64,000 bases of DNA from contig MU061579.1 of NCBI GenBank assembly GCA_013265495.1, positions 4,711,146 to 4,775,145 on the forward strand, given 5' to 3'. Below, piece by piece: positions 11,226 to 24,929 of the stretch. Every line of letters starts with the position of its first letter. Positions within the stretch are counted from its first letter, which is position 1. The notes under the pieces are model-generated. The model ran no database searches and had not been told where the DNA came from. It was given only the letters and a program-made list of their open reading frames with translations. Made by a program: the position numbers and the translations under genes. This DNA is from Vicugna vicugna (taxonomy: Eukaryota).

Positions 11226-12819
11226 AAATAAATACCTAACTTATTTGAACCAAAAATGAAGAGTTAATTAAATACAAGCGTTAGTTATATCAGTGAAATT
11301 TATCTCTGGGACGGTAACTTTGTTAGGGAGAAGGTGATGATTAGTTTCAGATATAAATGACATTCATATGGAAGCATCCTCATAAATCATTTTTTTTTAA
11401 TTTTTACATTTTTTCAGATTCCACTGTTTAGCTATGGTTAAGTAGCTATTTTTTACGTTAGGAAAAGATACCAGAGGGCACACTTGCACCTGTCAGATTT
11501 ATATTATTAGCCCAATAATTAGGAGTCCACCAAACAGTGAGAAACTAAGTTATTATTTTATAATTTCAAACCCTGTAACTTTGGTAACCATGTAAATCTC
11601 AAGAAACCCTGCAAATCTGTCTTTCTTTTCTGAATGTTCTAATCAACTGCATTACCCCCAAAATGAAACAGCCTTATTCACTGAGCATCAGGAATAACAC
11701 TTTTATGTTCATTATTTCTCGAATTTCTAATGCAATCTGTAACTAATTATAATCAAGTGTCCATCGTGGATGTTCTCCACAGATATCTTTCTGCCTAATA
11801 GTCTCCTACACTTCTGTATATACATACATAAATGACACATTAGATGAAAACTGCTTTTAAGACCCTTTTTTGTCCATTACTGCATTGGCTTTTAAGGTTA
11901 TATGTTATCACCACAATTAATAGTCCATCTTCATTATGCAAAATTGGAGGAATTCAAGGAGTCAATAATTAAAACTGGTTAAAAATCTAGAAATCACTTA
12001 CTTTGGTTTATAACATGTAGCATATTTTAAAATACACATCTGATTATAGAGCTTAACAGGAAGTGAAAAGTTTAGTTTTCTGGGTATGTATCATATTTTC
12101 ATCCTTCCAGGTCTCGTTGGGCATTTGGGTACAGCAAAGTTTCTCCTTCTTAAACTATTTTAAGTTGAGAGACCCTTCAGATTAAAAACAAAAATTCCTT
12201 ACATGTGAAATCAGAGTAGCTAAAGATTGTAAGATATCAACATAATCAATATTTATTTATAGGAAGGGATATTTATCCTATTATTACTTTTTTTCTATGT
12301 TTGAAAGAAATCTCATATATCAGAGCAACTGCTTATCAAATGATAACATTTTATCATGCAATGCTTAATACTATGCCCCAAAATGACATTGGAATTTTTC
12401 TTACATTTGGAAATACTAAGCTAAATTCATAGTACTTTAGACTTGTATATTTCTATATTTTAGTTTTGGTTATCCCAGTCACTAAATGTGGCCTGGAAAA
12501 AGCACCATATGATTAATAAGGACAATTGTTCCTCTTTGCTCTCTGATCACTTCATTTATATTCTGTCCTCTTACTTTTGTCTCTCCTTGTCACACTGCAC
12601 CTTTAGAAGAAAGAGGCTGAACCAGAACTTCTGCTGTAAAATTTGGTAAGGATCCCAGCTCATAATGGCTAGGTATAGATTGTGAACAGAGGCTGTATGT
12701 TCATAGGTTCTGTTACCTAGTTGCTTAATTGAGGTTCTTCCTTACTTTGTAAGTGAAACAAAAATGCTTCCTAAAAATCATTGATGTCAATACTATTATG
12801 ATATTCGGCGCTTAGTTAA

Positions 12820-12821
12820 AC

Positions 12822-12852
<31 letters not shown>
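12820..12852. repeat. (CA)n microsatellite, one interruption
   Basis: Read directly from the sequence. Confidence 0.95.
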
Positions 12853-13974
12853 TCCAACAAAAACAGGGTGCCATCCATTAGTCAAACATCATATCTCAAA
12901 AGACACTCTATTATTAAAATAACTGAGTTTTTTTGCAATATATAATACCCAATAATCATCAATGTTGATGATTTCTAGATTAGAACCAAGTGATTTAGAT
13001 GTACTTTACTAACAGACTTCTAGAAAAATGGAATTATTTTGACTCTGTCAAATAAACAATAAAAAGGGAAAAGATGTTTGGACATACTACACTTTCTAAA
13101 TATCTATACAAAGAAAGGAGAAACATTTATCCTTATTTTCTATATTTAAGAAAGATTAATTTTCTGATTCTTTTAAAAATTCTTATTAACCTATAGAAAC
13201 TACGATCAAGAGTGTGTGATACAATTATGCATATCATGCAATAATACACACCATATGGAAATATCCAGGACACAAAAATGTAATTATCTATTACTGTTGA
13301 TGCATTGTGTCTGACTCACTCAATTCCAGGTTATTTATGTGAGCCAACTCAGACAACTCTTGCAATGTAAGTAGGACTTAATTTCAAAATCATATTTCTA
13401 AAACATATTTCATAAATCATTTTTGTTAAAAAATAAATGTTCTAGTATTACTTATTTTATGCTTTACTTTCTACACTTTTCTAGAAAGTTCAATGTCATA
13501 GTATAAATAGTTACAGAGAAAGGAAACAAATACAGTATAATTTATTTTATCTTAAGCTTATTCCCTGAAAAAAAGTGATTTGATGAATTTTAAGTATTTC
13601 AAAAGCAGCGTAGTATCAAAAAATGCCAATAGTCTTAAAAAGAAAACTTTATGCCACACTCTCATTTATATAGTTGTGAATTTATTACTTTAACTTTCTG
13701 ATTTCTGATAATGCTTTTCAAAGAAAACATTTTTATGACAAATTATTAGCTACAAAATCCACTTTTTTAAACTGTCATTGACAAGAAGATGATAAAGCCA
13801 TTCGTAACAGTTTTATAAGAGGAAAAAATCCATCTGTGAGTCAATCAGAAAAATAAGAAAATAATTAAGGTAGTGGCTCATTCATCTGCAGTTTATGCTA
13901 GCTTATACTTTCCTTTATGAAAAATATTTTCCAGTGCAAAATCACTTAAGCTTATATTTTAAATGAAGCTAATT

Positions 13975-14240
13975 TAATAATAATAGCAACTACTTCTATA
14001 TTGCTTACTACAGTCCACATACCACTGTATTTGCCTTATATATGTATTAACTCAATCCGTATAACAACCCTGTGTCAGAAGTACTATTATTGTTTCTATT
14101 TTTGTGGTAAGAAAATTGAGGTGTGAGAATGCAATTTGCAGATACTTACCCAAAGAAGACATGAGGCACTTAGACTTAAAGCTAAGGGTCTAATTCAAAG
14201 ACTTTTGCTTTTGTTAAAATAGAATTATGTTGTGCTGTCT
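13975..14240 (-). mobile_element. MIR SINE
   Basis: aacaaccctgtgtcagaagtactattattgtttctatttttgtggtaagaaaattgagg. Confidence 0.7.
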
Positions 14241-14609
14241 CACTTAAGATTAAAATATTAACTTTAATAACAAACAATATAGCTATGCTTCCAGCATTAT
14301 GTCCGTGGGGAAATTCCACTTGCAGAAGCAACTCTTTCTGGGTATCACTGGCCTCATAAATAAAGAGGCTGTGCTCTCTCTTAAAATATGAGCCTGAACT
14401 ACCATGGTAGGAGCCAAGTGTAGTTCAGACGAGTTCCCCCAAAGTGAGCTAGCAAGAGCAGGACTGACTGAGGGGCAAAGCCTGGGGCCAGAAGCAAGGT
14501 GAAGTATTCTATCTTAGCTCATTCACCTGAAGTTAGGGACCACAGTCAAAGGCACTCAAGAAAAATAAAAAACCTGAGTGATTCTTTAACTATTTAAAAA
14601 TTGCAGGAT

Positions 14610-15993
14610 AAATATAATGTGTATTTCTAAAACAGTAGCCTACGGTTTAAAAATTGGAATTTTAAATAACATTAGTAACAATGGCAACAAAGTTAAATTT
14701 ATTGAGAAAAATCTGATAACATATGTGCAAGACTTCTGTACAGAAATCTAGCAATCTGTGGGAAACTTTGAACAAGGACTGAATTAATGGAGAAATATCC
14801 CATGTTTATTCTTAGGAAATATGATTATCATACTGGTATTTATTCATTTCAAATTTATCTATAGATTTGTTATAATTTCAAACAAAACTTCAATAGGATT
14901 GTATGAGAAATGTGACAAGATGAAACTAACAGTGAATAAAGAGGGGCAATTTTTCCAGTATGCAATCAAATCTTATGAAATAGGTAATAAATTAATATGA
15001 TGTAAGCACAAGGATAGCAGAAAAGGACCAACAGAAAACTACAGAGAAACCCAAAGACTGATCCCTAGATAACTGAAAATGCTATGTATATGGCAGAGAC
15101 AAAATTGAAAACCTGTGGAGGAAAACAGAATGTTAACTAAATGAAACTGAGAAAATCAGACTCATAAATAAGATAGAAAAGATCTACTTTACAAAACAAT
15201 GAATCTTAGATAGATTAAATAGGAAAATATTTTAAAAAACATTTAAACTTAAAAAGCATTAATGTTTTCACATTGAAAGCGGAAAATGTTTCTGAAGCAA
15301 GCTCCTAAAATGACTGTTTGTACAGAAAAAAATTGATAATTTTCACAATATGAAAATTAAAATATGTGTTAATTAAAAGAATCATAACAAAAGTAAAAAG
15401 ACAAGGTAAAAGGAATATAAAGAACTGAGGATAAATTAGTACACAGATAATTTTTAAAAATTAAAAATTTAAAGTAACAAAACCAGATAATGTAATGAGA
15501 TGCACGGAAATTTCCCAGAAGACTAAATACATATGGACAACAAGTATAGAGAGGTATGCTCTCTTTCAAAAAAAAATCAAGAAAAGACAAATTAAGAACA
15601 AAATGAGAAACTACATTTTTACTAAACGGTTGGCAGAAATGTTGGATGGGATGTGGGTCATATGGAACTACATGCTGGTGGTAGTATATAAAGATAAAAC
15701 ATAGTTGCAAACCATCTGATTTTGTCTTGTAGGACTGAACACTAAAATCCTCTATGTTCAAGCCATTCCTCTTCTTCGTACAATCTCTGGAAAAACTTTT
15801 GAACTTGGGTGCAGCAATGTGCAAGAATATTCACAGCAGTTTTATTTGTTTTATTTTTTCTAAATGGACACAAATTGTCTATCAGCATGACAATGGTTAA
15901 ATAAGTTGTGACAAATCTGCCATAGTCTGCAGCAGTGCAAATGAATGAATTACAATTTTACTCAACAACATGGATGAATTTTAAAAATCATGA
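14610..15993 (+). mobile_element. Old L1ME-like ORF2 3' half and start of 3'UTR
   Basis: atatgtgcaagacttctgtacaga, aatggagaaatatcccatgttt, acaatgg..aaataagttgtg, caacaacatggatgaat; L1 text resumes after 16636. Confidence 0.8.
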
Positions 15994-16635
15994 TGTTGGA
16001 AGTCTCAGGACACTACCTGTATGGGGATGTGTGGGTTCATCACCACTTGTGGGTTCTGGCCTGCAGAAGTCCCACCGAGACAGAATGAATTACTCAAGAC
16101 TCTGGGGAAAAGTCAAGAGAGCGAGAGGGAGTTGGGAGCCAACTCCATGAGCCTCTCAAATCTCTCATATTTATTCAGTACAGTTGAAGCAGGAATTTAG
16201 GGAAGGAGAGGGTGGGATCACAATGAGTACAAAGGCTTTGTTTATTGTTGGTGTTTGGCTCAAGGTCAGAAGACCCTTTTTGGTAAATCATATACATGTT
16301 GAGCCTTTCAGTTTATCAGGGCACAACGTATGAGAATCAGCTGCTTAACAAGATTTTTCTTGGACTCAGGCGGCTGTGCCTGTCTTAGGTTGCCCCCTCA
16401 GGGGATCTTACTTGTCACTGGCTAACCAGCCTTCTCACCTCTGAGTCTGAAGCTTTTTACAATTCCAGCCCAAGACTGTTTTGGGGATAGAAGACTAACA
16501 GCAGGCATGCCCAGCGTTTATAGCCGGGGGCCTGGGTCATTGTTAAAACCTCAAGGCAGTTACTAAGTGCATCTTCTTTAAGGAGATAAGCGGCTGGGAT
16601 TGTTACATTTATCACCCCAATCATGGGCTCCCAAA
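15994..16635 (-). mobile_element. Solo LTR (~640 bp) of an ERV, family not recognised
   Basis: Abrupt GC-richer block; imperfect inverted termini tgttggaag...gctcccaaa; minus-strand AATAAA at 16170-16175; interrupts an L1 3'UTR. Confidence 0.75.
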
Positions 16636-18539
16636 GAGATGTTTTTATGAAACCTCAAAATAAGCAAAACTAAAATGTACGTTTTGTAACTTGTGTATAT
16701 TACATCTATTCACTCTATGTTAAATATTATTATGAAAGAATAATATAATACAAATAAATAATTTGAATGTATTTTTATTTACATGTTATTTAAAAAGTGA
16801 TACATGCTAATTTAATAGGGAAATATTTCTTTGTTTTTAATTGAATTTTTAATTACTAGAGATTGTTCTGAATATTTGCTTGCTTTGAGTTATCTACTCA
16901 TATCATTAAACATTTATATTTTTTGAAGTTAAAAAAAAAGTGAATCTAGAAAGTGTTTGCTCATTTCAAATCTGACCACTCTCCATCATAACACTTCTCA
17001 CCACTGACTCTTCACTTCAGTTGAACATTTCTAGTTTATAGCCTCGAAAGCTAATCCATGTATTTTTCTTTTATAGTAGTAATTAATATTTGTCTTTTTA
17101 GATTGAATGAAAGCCTTTTTTTGTAGTTTGAACATGCTCTATTGAAAAACCGTATCTAAATTTTTGTGACCCAAATAAAATGATAACATACTTTGTCTGA
17201 TTTTCATTTCTAAAACAAGCATTTAAGTTAGTTATGTGGATTATTCTAGACTAATTTATGGACATGTAAATAAAAACAAAACTCAACTAGTTTAAAGAGA
17301 AAAAAGGAACCTATTGTTTCAGCTCTGAATACCTCTAGTTTAGCATCACTTTTAGGTAAGTTTATCATCTGGTGTGTGGGATCTCCAAAAGCAGATCCAA
17401 AATCACATGGTCTTTACATCTGTTATTGTGGAAATAAAGATTTAAAAAAAAAGACTGCCATGTTCTTTGCAATCTGCATACTTATGATCGGAACAGTCTT
17501 CCTTATATTTAATTGGTCTTAGAGCTGCCCTTCTTTTCTTTCTTCCTTTCTTTCTTTGGATAGGGCTTGGTGGAACAGAGACAGCATGGGAAATAACAGA
17601 CTCTGGGCAATGGTATCTGGTTGAATGGGGGCTGTGCATATGTCTAGCTAGGGAAGACCGAGTGGTGCCCTCACAGGTAATTTCAAGAAATAGATGTCGT
17701 TGCTTCACCTTCATGGATACATCAAATGTCATCAGAGTCTTTGGCCCCAGCAGGACATTGCTGAATCGTTAAAAGCAATTTCTTTAGAGATACGGGGTTA
17801 AAGTAAGATTCTCTAGAGATACAGGACTATAGAGAAGGAAGTAAAGACATAGAGCAAGCAGTAGAATGTACTCTTCTAAGGGAAGTGAAATGGAAGAGAA
17901 ATAAAGAGCTAAGTTTAGAGAAGGATATGAGGTTAAACCCATTATTGAAAAACAGAGGGGGCACTCCAGAGTTCATATTTAAAATGATGTATTTCTTGAG
18001 CTATCGAGCTGCCAAGTTTTGTGGTTATATCCAGGGTTTCTTAGTTAGAAATTAGGAGAGAGAATTTTATACAGAATTCATTTTCAATTTGGGTCAGCAA
18101 GGTTTATTTAACCAAACAATAACAACAACAAATCCTTAATGCAAAAATATGTTTGAGCATTTTGTCCAGAGAGGTCAAAGTTACAGATTCCAAGTTCTTG
18201 GTTTAGGTACTCAACAAAGAAAACAAAGTAAAAATTGAGATACTGAAAGACAATATGAAATTTAAGAGATGTTATAGTGATTATACAAAAATTAGTATTC
18301 TATGATAGACATTTCTTTTTTCTTTTAATGACTAGGTCAAGGTCAAAGTGTCACAGGTAAATGGCATGGTCCCCTAAGAAGAAGACATAAGTAATTAATT
18401 TCAGAATGATAATCAGTTAGTACGTGAGGGAGATTCCTCACCCTTGTGTTGCCTTTTTCCTCTTCTAGTAGAGCATGAGATTATGAGTAGCTTCCAGATA
18501 AAGTTATAGGTCAACAGAGGAAAGGGTTGCTTTTTCTTT

Positions 18540-19500
18540 AAATATTCTCTGCTATTTCCCTCAGCATTCTATCCCAGGCTCTCTTCTCATTTTTTCTCTC
18601 ATCTCTGCAGATGTCATTCCTTCCACTGGCAATCTTTGTCATCTCTATATTCTAACTCTCGGCTAATTTTCTCAGTCCAAATTTTTCTCCTAGAATCCAG
18701 GCCTATGCCTTCAAACATCTTCTTGGTATTTGGACAGATAACATAAGCAACTGAAACTCAGTAGTCTCAACAGTGAATTCATAATATTGTATTTTCCTTA
18801 AACTTTCCTCTCCATTTTTTTATTATAAGCATGGTGATCAGTACCATCATTCTTCACTTTGAGAAACTCAGGTATGTCTGTGCCTTTCTTGATTTCTTCA
18901 TTTTTCTTACTTCTGGCTCCTGTGTCCAAACCTAACAGTTTTATATGATTACTATATTATAACTCATGCATTGTCTTTTTATCTCCCCACTGGCATTAAA
19001 TTTACTTGTTAGAATTTTTCACCTAGTTTATGATACAGTTTGACTCAGTAAGTCATTTTTCCTCCTCTGTCTTTCTCTGTGGCCTATTTATATCTTAAGT
19101 TCAAACAGTATCACAAAGACTCAGTTATAATTAACATCTTTTGATTATCCTCAGGATAAACCCAAGACCTGGGAGCATGGCAAAAAGACAAACTCCATTT
19201 CTATTCTCTGCTTGTTTCAGTCTTGGAAATTCTTACTGTCATATGTTTCATACTCAAGAATATTACATAGCTTGAGTTCTCAAAACATTCCTTACTTTCA
19301 CTTGTTTACACACTTTGCTCCCTCTGACAGAGTTCCTTGCAAACATTTATTCATCGTACTAATTTTGCTTTTTCCATCATAGTACTTCTTACTCTAATTT
19401 TGTACTTCTGTGTGTGTGCATATATGTAGAATATATATTGCTACTGAATTATAAACTCTTAAAAAAGTGAGGTGTATTCCCAATGTCTAAGGTGTTGATG
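18540..19500 (+). mobile_element. L2 LINE, degraded
   Basis: tttttctcctagaatccagg...ctgaaactcagtagtctcaacagtgaattcataat...caggataaacccaagacc, L2-like order of motifs. Confidence 0.65.
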
Positions 19501-19929
19501 ATTTACTGGCATTTACTTACAGTGGACCAAGATTTCCCAAAACAGAGAGGGAATTTTTAGGATGGAAGGAAAACCAGTAAAGAAGCATAAAGATGTGTCA
19601 GAATGACATTACAGATAAAGGGAGAGGATAGGAGACTTTCCAGTCTTGTAATTAAGCCATTATTTAATATGTATATTTGCTTTGTTTATTTTTGTTGTTT
19701 CTTAATTGAGAGTCCAGGTGGCCAAGTCCAAAATAAATTTTGTAAATGTCATGGGTTTTCTTTTAAAGACACATGTCCAGAGTGTTGGAGAGATAAGGTT
19801 AAGCTAGCTCTGAAGATACTGACCATTTGAATACATGCAGCTCAAGTGTTGCCAAGTTAGGAGGTAAATTCAAATAAAATGACAAGATTTCCATTTTGAA
19901 TAACTGGATAGAAGGCGGTGCTCAGGCAT

Positions 19930-20036
19930 AGAGGAGAAGGAAGAGGAGAAGGGGAAGGAGGTGGAGAAGAAACTTGAGAAGGAAGAAGAAAAGGAAGAGG
20001 AAGGAAGAGAAGAAGAAGAGGAGGAGTAAGGGGAGG
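19930..20036. repeat. GA-rich (GAA/GGA) low-complexity tract
   Basis: Read directly from the sequence. Confidence 0.95.
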
Positions 20037-20195
20037 AACAATTTCCAAATGAAAACAGAGTTAAGTACTCTGAAAGTTGACTTTGAAGTAGAATGTGTGA
20101 AGTGTATACAGTGGAATATTGAAAAATCAGGGATTCGTCAGAACAAGTTGTTACTGAAGATTCATTTTTGAGAATTACTTGTTTAAAATTATTGT

Positions 20196-20283
20196 TATTT
20201 TTTAATGGAGGTACTGGGGATTGAACCCAGGACCTCATGCATGCTAAGCATGCACTCTACCACTGAGCTACATCCTCTACCCC
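20196..20283 (-). mobile_element. tRNA-derived SINE, Vic-1-like, short form
   Basis: Minus strand has A box tagctcagtgg and B box gggttcaatcc; TSD ttaaaattattgt (20183-20195) / ttaaaatgattgt (20284-20296). Confidence 0.9.
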
Positions 20284-20489
20284 TTAAAATGATTGTGATG
20301 TTAGGAGGTTATGAAAACTTACTGAGGGATTTTTTACAGGTTTCATCTTTGACCTCCATTTTTTAAAAAGGCAGCTTTTCAAATACTCTCCGAAAGTAGG
20401 GAATTCCTAGTACACACTCCTTCTTGTAATAATTCTAAATACTGTTAGATATAAAGGAAGTAAATGATATGTACAAAATTTCTTCATTA

Positions 20490-20720
20490 TAATAAAAATT
20501 ACATTCTGAGTATATGCCATGTGTTGGGCATGTGCTCCCTCCTTCACATATTTTACCCTATTTAATCCTCACAAGTCCTAACAGCCCTTCAAGTTATATA
20601 GGCATGGAGAAATTAACTGAATAAATGTCCACCAACATAAAGCTAGGGAGTGGTAGAGTGGCAAATTGAACCTGGGTAAATTTGAACCTACGGCTGCTGA
20701 AGGAACCACACAGACCGGGA
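20490..20720 (-). mobile_element. MIR SINE
   Basis: tttaatcctcacaa...agctagggagtggtagagtggcaaattgaacctggg. Confidence 0.7.
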
Positions 20721-21689
20721 AATGCCACTTCTGGACTCCACGTCTTCTATATCCAGTTACATTGCTTCCATTGGACTTAATACTATGAATGTAATAGAGA
20801 AAGAAATAATATACTCTCCTAGATACTGAGTATCTGGGAAAAGAATTACCTTGGAGATATAGAATATATTTGATTAAAAAAAAACAGGAATTTTTGTAGA
20901 AGAAATAGTTCAACAACGAGCAAAACAAATGATGTCAATTTTTAAGTGCTCTGTTAAAGTAGAATTGTGTTATTGACTAAGATCTTCAGGAGGAAAGCAT
21001 GACTACTTAAAAGCTCTATTAAAAATAACATTTATCAGCTCTGGAGGAAAGTAAACCCAGGGAACGAGTTTTAAAATAATTTCACTAAAACATACACATG
21101 GATGTATCTTATTTCTTTTTTATCCAAAAAATCAATGACAGACGGCACTCATATTACTTTCATTAGATGCTTATTTTTTTTAAAGAATGATTGATTAAGT
21201 ATTATATCTCTATAATAGTATCTAGCACACTGCCTCAAAATTTCTATTTTTAGTTATCAGGCTGTCCAAACAGATAAACCTTTAAGGCTAAGCTGTAACT
21301 CCTTCACATCTAGGTCAACGCACTTAACACGACTGATAGGTCATGATAAGGTTGTAAATATGTCTAAACTGGATAAAAGAGAGAGCCACTTTTACTTGAA
21401 TATAATTTGTGGGCTAATTCAGGCTGGTGAGAGACAACCTTTCTATTGTTTGTAATCGCACATTCTTTATTTGTAATTCTTAGAAGTTACATAGAAATTA
21501 CTAGTATGTGACTTTAATATTTTATAAACATTATTTTTCTTACTAGAATTTCCAGTATATAATTTATAACAAGGTGTTAAGCTTTGCTAATTTTTCCTCC
21601 TTTGGTGATAGGCAAAATGAACACAAGTTCCAATCTTTTCTTAAATCCCATAAAGCATGGGATCATTTCCCTACACACACAAAAAGAAA

Positions 21690-21910
21690 ATGTAATAAAA
21701 ATTAGTTCTTTTCAAATTTAGAAAGAGTAATAAACAGTTAATTTTAGTCATAATTTCTACAATAATAATAAAGCATAGAATATCTTATAATAAACATCAG
21801 AAAGAATGTGCAAGACATAATCAAGCCAGCAGTAACATTTAACGAAAAGACATTTAAAAAAAAAGATCCTCCAAATAGGTGAAATTCACCACTTCCCTAT
21901 ATGGAGTGTT
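21690..21910 (+). mobile_element. Old L1 ORF2 remnant
   Basis: aatatctt..aataaac...agaatgtgcaagac resembles L1 KYLGINLTK.VQD. Confidence 0.5.
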
Positions 21911-22514
21911 TAACAAATATTTGCTAAACAAATATTTCTTCAATAAAAGGATAAATGAAAATGTATTTATCAAGAAAAGAAAATTACTGTCTTATCCTGA
22001 TCTGCTGTAGCCTCCTATGGAAAAAATCTCAGTTCCCTTTTGAAAAGGTATGTATATCAAAGAGCAGCCGTAGGAGCTGGTAGTTCACATTATCCAACAT
22101 ATTTAAAAGGAAAGGTTTGTCACAGGGATAGTCCATGATATATTGCTGATTGACCATATCAAATTATTCTGCTGTTTATTGGGTATTTGACTTGGGGCAA
22201 GTCCCCAAGCTTTGACAGATTCTAGATGTAGATATAGAGATAGATATAAAGATATAAATGTACTTACAGATGGAAATATACAGACACAAATGGATAACCA
22301 ATGTCAATATGTCTATACATCTCTATATAATATTAAAATACTTATCACATAGTTTATTTGTGGGGATTAAATTATGCCATGCATAAACTTCTTGTTACAT
22401 TCCTTACCACATAGTTAAGTCATGATCAATATTATTGTCATTAACGTTATAATTATTTTAAATTACGTCTGTGTTTGGCATGTTGCAACACCTGATCTGA
22501 AAGCCATTAATTTT

Positions 22515-22725
22515 GCCAATATCCGAAGTCCTTGGTTTGAGTCTAAGCCCCTCCACATACCGATGTTACGACTACTGGCAAAGGACTTATTTTCCCTAAG
22601 TCTCAGTTTACTGGTTCTAAGTGGGGAAGCGAAGCGTTATTTTTACCTCTCAGTAATTAGAAATGTGTTATAATCCAGAAGGATATAGAAGAGTTAAATC
22701 AGCATTGTTAATTTATCATTATTAC
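22515..22725 (+). mobile_element. MIR SINE
   Basis: ggtttgagtct...ggcaaaggacttattttccctaagtctcagtttac...ctaagtgggga. Confidence 0.65.
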
Positions 22726-24014
22726 CATTTTCCAGGAAATAGTCCCCGTGAAAGTTAATTGGAGCAAGACAAGCAACCAGGTTCTACTACAAAGAGGGTG
22801 ATGCTCTTTTCCAGTTGTCCGGTGCTTCCTAAGTCACAACTGGATATTCCCCGTAAAGTTAAGATAGGTTTGAAGTAGTATGGTAAGAATAAATGTGTTT
22901 TCCGAATGATCTTGGAAATCACTTAATTCTTTTTAAAAGTTCAAGAAGAAATGTGACCAAATTCTGCACACCCTCCCTGATTCATCTCTGACCATACCGT
23001 TCAGTAATGCTTAATCAGCTGAGGTCTTAGTACAAAATTTGTATTATAAGATGTTTTTTAATATTTACCATCACAGTAATATATTAAGTTTGTTTGTAGT
23101 TCTCTGTAGCTTCAATTGCACAGAAGTGGCTGTGCTTAAGAATAATTCATACTAATACTGGTCCCTGGATTTTATTGCTTAAGTCCTGTTCACAAGTGTG
23201 AATGGTAATATTTGATAATATTCATAGCATCACTATTGCTTAAATGCCTCTTGTCACCAAAAAAAAAAAAAAAAAGAAGTTATTTTACCCTCATTGGTAA
23301 TCAAGGTAGGAAAAATTTAGTCTTAATTTAGGGGAAAATATGCAATAATTTTCTTTGGACACTTTGTTTGAATAAAAAAATCAATTATAGATATGAATTT
23401 GGAGACCAAGGAATAGATGAAGGTGATCTTTCCCTTCCTTTTTTTTTACCCAGCTCCTCAAAACTTAAATGAAATATTGATATTAAAATCATGTTGTACA
23501 GCACTACCAAATTTTCCTGTAATAAAAATGAGAAAAAAACTCAGAACATAATTGCATAAACTCCTTTAGGAAACATTCTAACAGTTTACTATGATTGAAC
23601 TTTTCTATCATCTATAAAATTATTTGAAATCTATTATTATTAAATGTGCAATTTCCATCAACCTGTCAATCATCTTTACTTAAAAATTGTTTATCAGAAT
23701 ATTTTAAAGACAAAAACATAACTTGCAACAAATCAAACGTCATTTTCACTGAACAGAAAAGTCCTATTATTAGGATGATTGTGTTGTAGCATTTCTGACT
23801 AAGAAGAAATTCACAGACCCTAGGCTGATTTTTTTCTTGGTGCTTTTCTTATCAATAATTACATTTTTTGCTACAACTGAGTATGCATCATTTTATGTGT
23901 CTCTGTCTTAGCAAGACTATTGAGATGAGTGGAGTATTCCATGGGACCAGTATGTGGATAAAGTAGATAGACAGACAGACAGAAAGAAAGAAAGATAGAA
24001 AATACGTGGTAAAT

Positions 24015-24720
24015 ATATTAGTCAAGGTTCTATCAAAGGATAGAAATCATGTAAGTAATTTGAGCACAAAGATTTTAACAAAAAATAACTATTAGCTAAT
24101 AACTATTAATTTAAAAGGGTTAAAGAGCATGCTAAAAGAAAAAAATAATCATAGCAGATATCAGACACTAAGACTGAGGCAGAATACCTCAAAGCAACAA
24201 CAGCAACAAAAACAAACTTGGGAGAGGTTTGCCCCCACCCCAAATCAGAGACGGAGACTTCATTGGAAAGGGTGTGTCCATAGTCCACTGTTTGATGGAG
24301 AAGTTTGCTGAGGAGCCACAATCCAGGATTGCAAAGTGAGAAACTTCCCAATGGGACACTTAATGTAAGTCTTAATGAAGAGCTCTCTGGGGTGCTGAGG
24401 AGACTCACTGAGAAACCTCTCACTCATGTGCCAGCAAGATCTACTGGAAAGCTGCCCACTAGCATAAGGCTGAAACTCACAGGAAAGCTGTCTATAGGAA
24501 TGCTATTAAAATTCACTGAAGGATGAGAACCAGTAGGTGTCCAGCCACAGTCTGGCAGTCGTGCACCACAAAAGCAAGAAAGAAAAGCTTACGGGAACCA
24601 GGAAGACAAGTTCCTTCGTCCTGCATTATCTTTCTAGTGCTGTCCAGTGACAAATTCAGTTGTGCCAACTGGTAAAGGAGAGATGTTTCCAGGTTTACTT
24701 ATAGAATTGATAGCTGGCAC
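24015..24720 (-). mobile_element. Ancient ERVL-class LTR (LTR33/41-like), family uncertain
   Basis: Begins tattagtcaaggttctatcaaaggatagaaatca, a typical antisense ERVL LTR end; internal degenerate repeats (ctcactgagaa/ctcacaggaaa/ttcactgaagg). Confidence 0.55.
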
Positions 24721-24929
24721 AGTGATATTCCAGCAATTTCAAAAATGTTACCCATAAGGATAGCAAAGAACTCATTTAGGGGAGAAAAACAGCCAGATGG
24801 GTGTAGCTGAAGAGGAATAACAGTACACTATAACTTTATCAAAACTCACTATCTAAACTCAAAATACAAGGCACAATTAACCTTTAACTAATCCTTACAT
24901 CGACCAGTAAATGGCCACATAGATGGTAC

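Noticed and set aside
15369..15824. 151-aa minus-strand ORF
   Set aside because: Antisense to a decayed L1; no coding signature
19857..20238. Ser/Pro-rich and Lys/Arg-rich ORFs
   Set aside because: Produced by the GA-rich tract and the SINE
22743..22862. Near-direct repeat tccccgt(g)aaagttaa
   Set aside because: Only two short copies ~105 bp apart; no array or element structure
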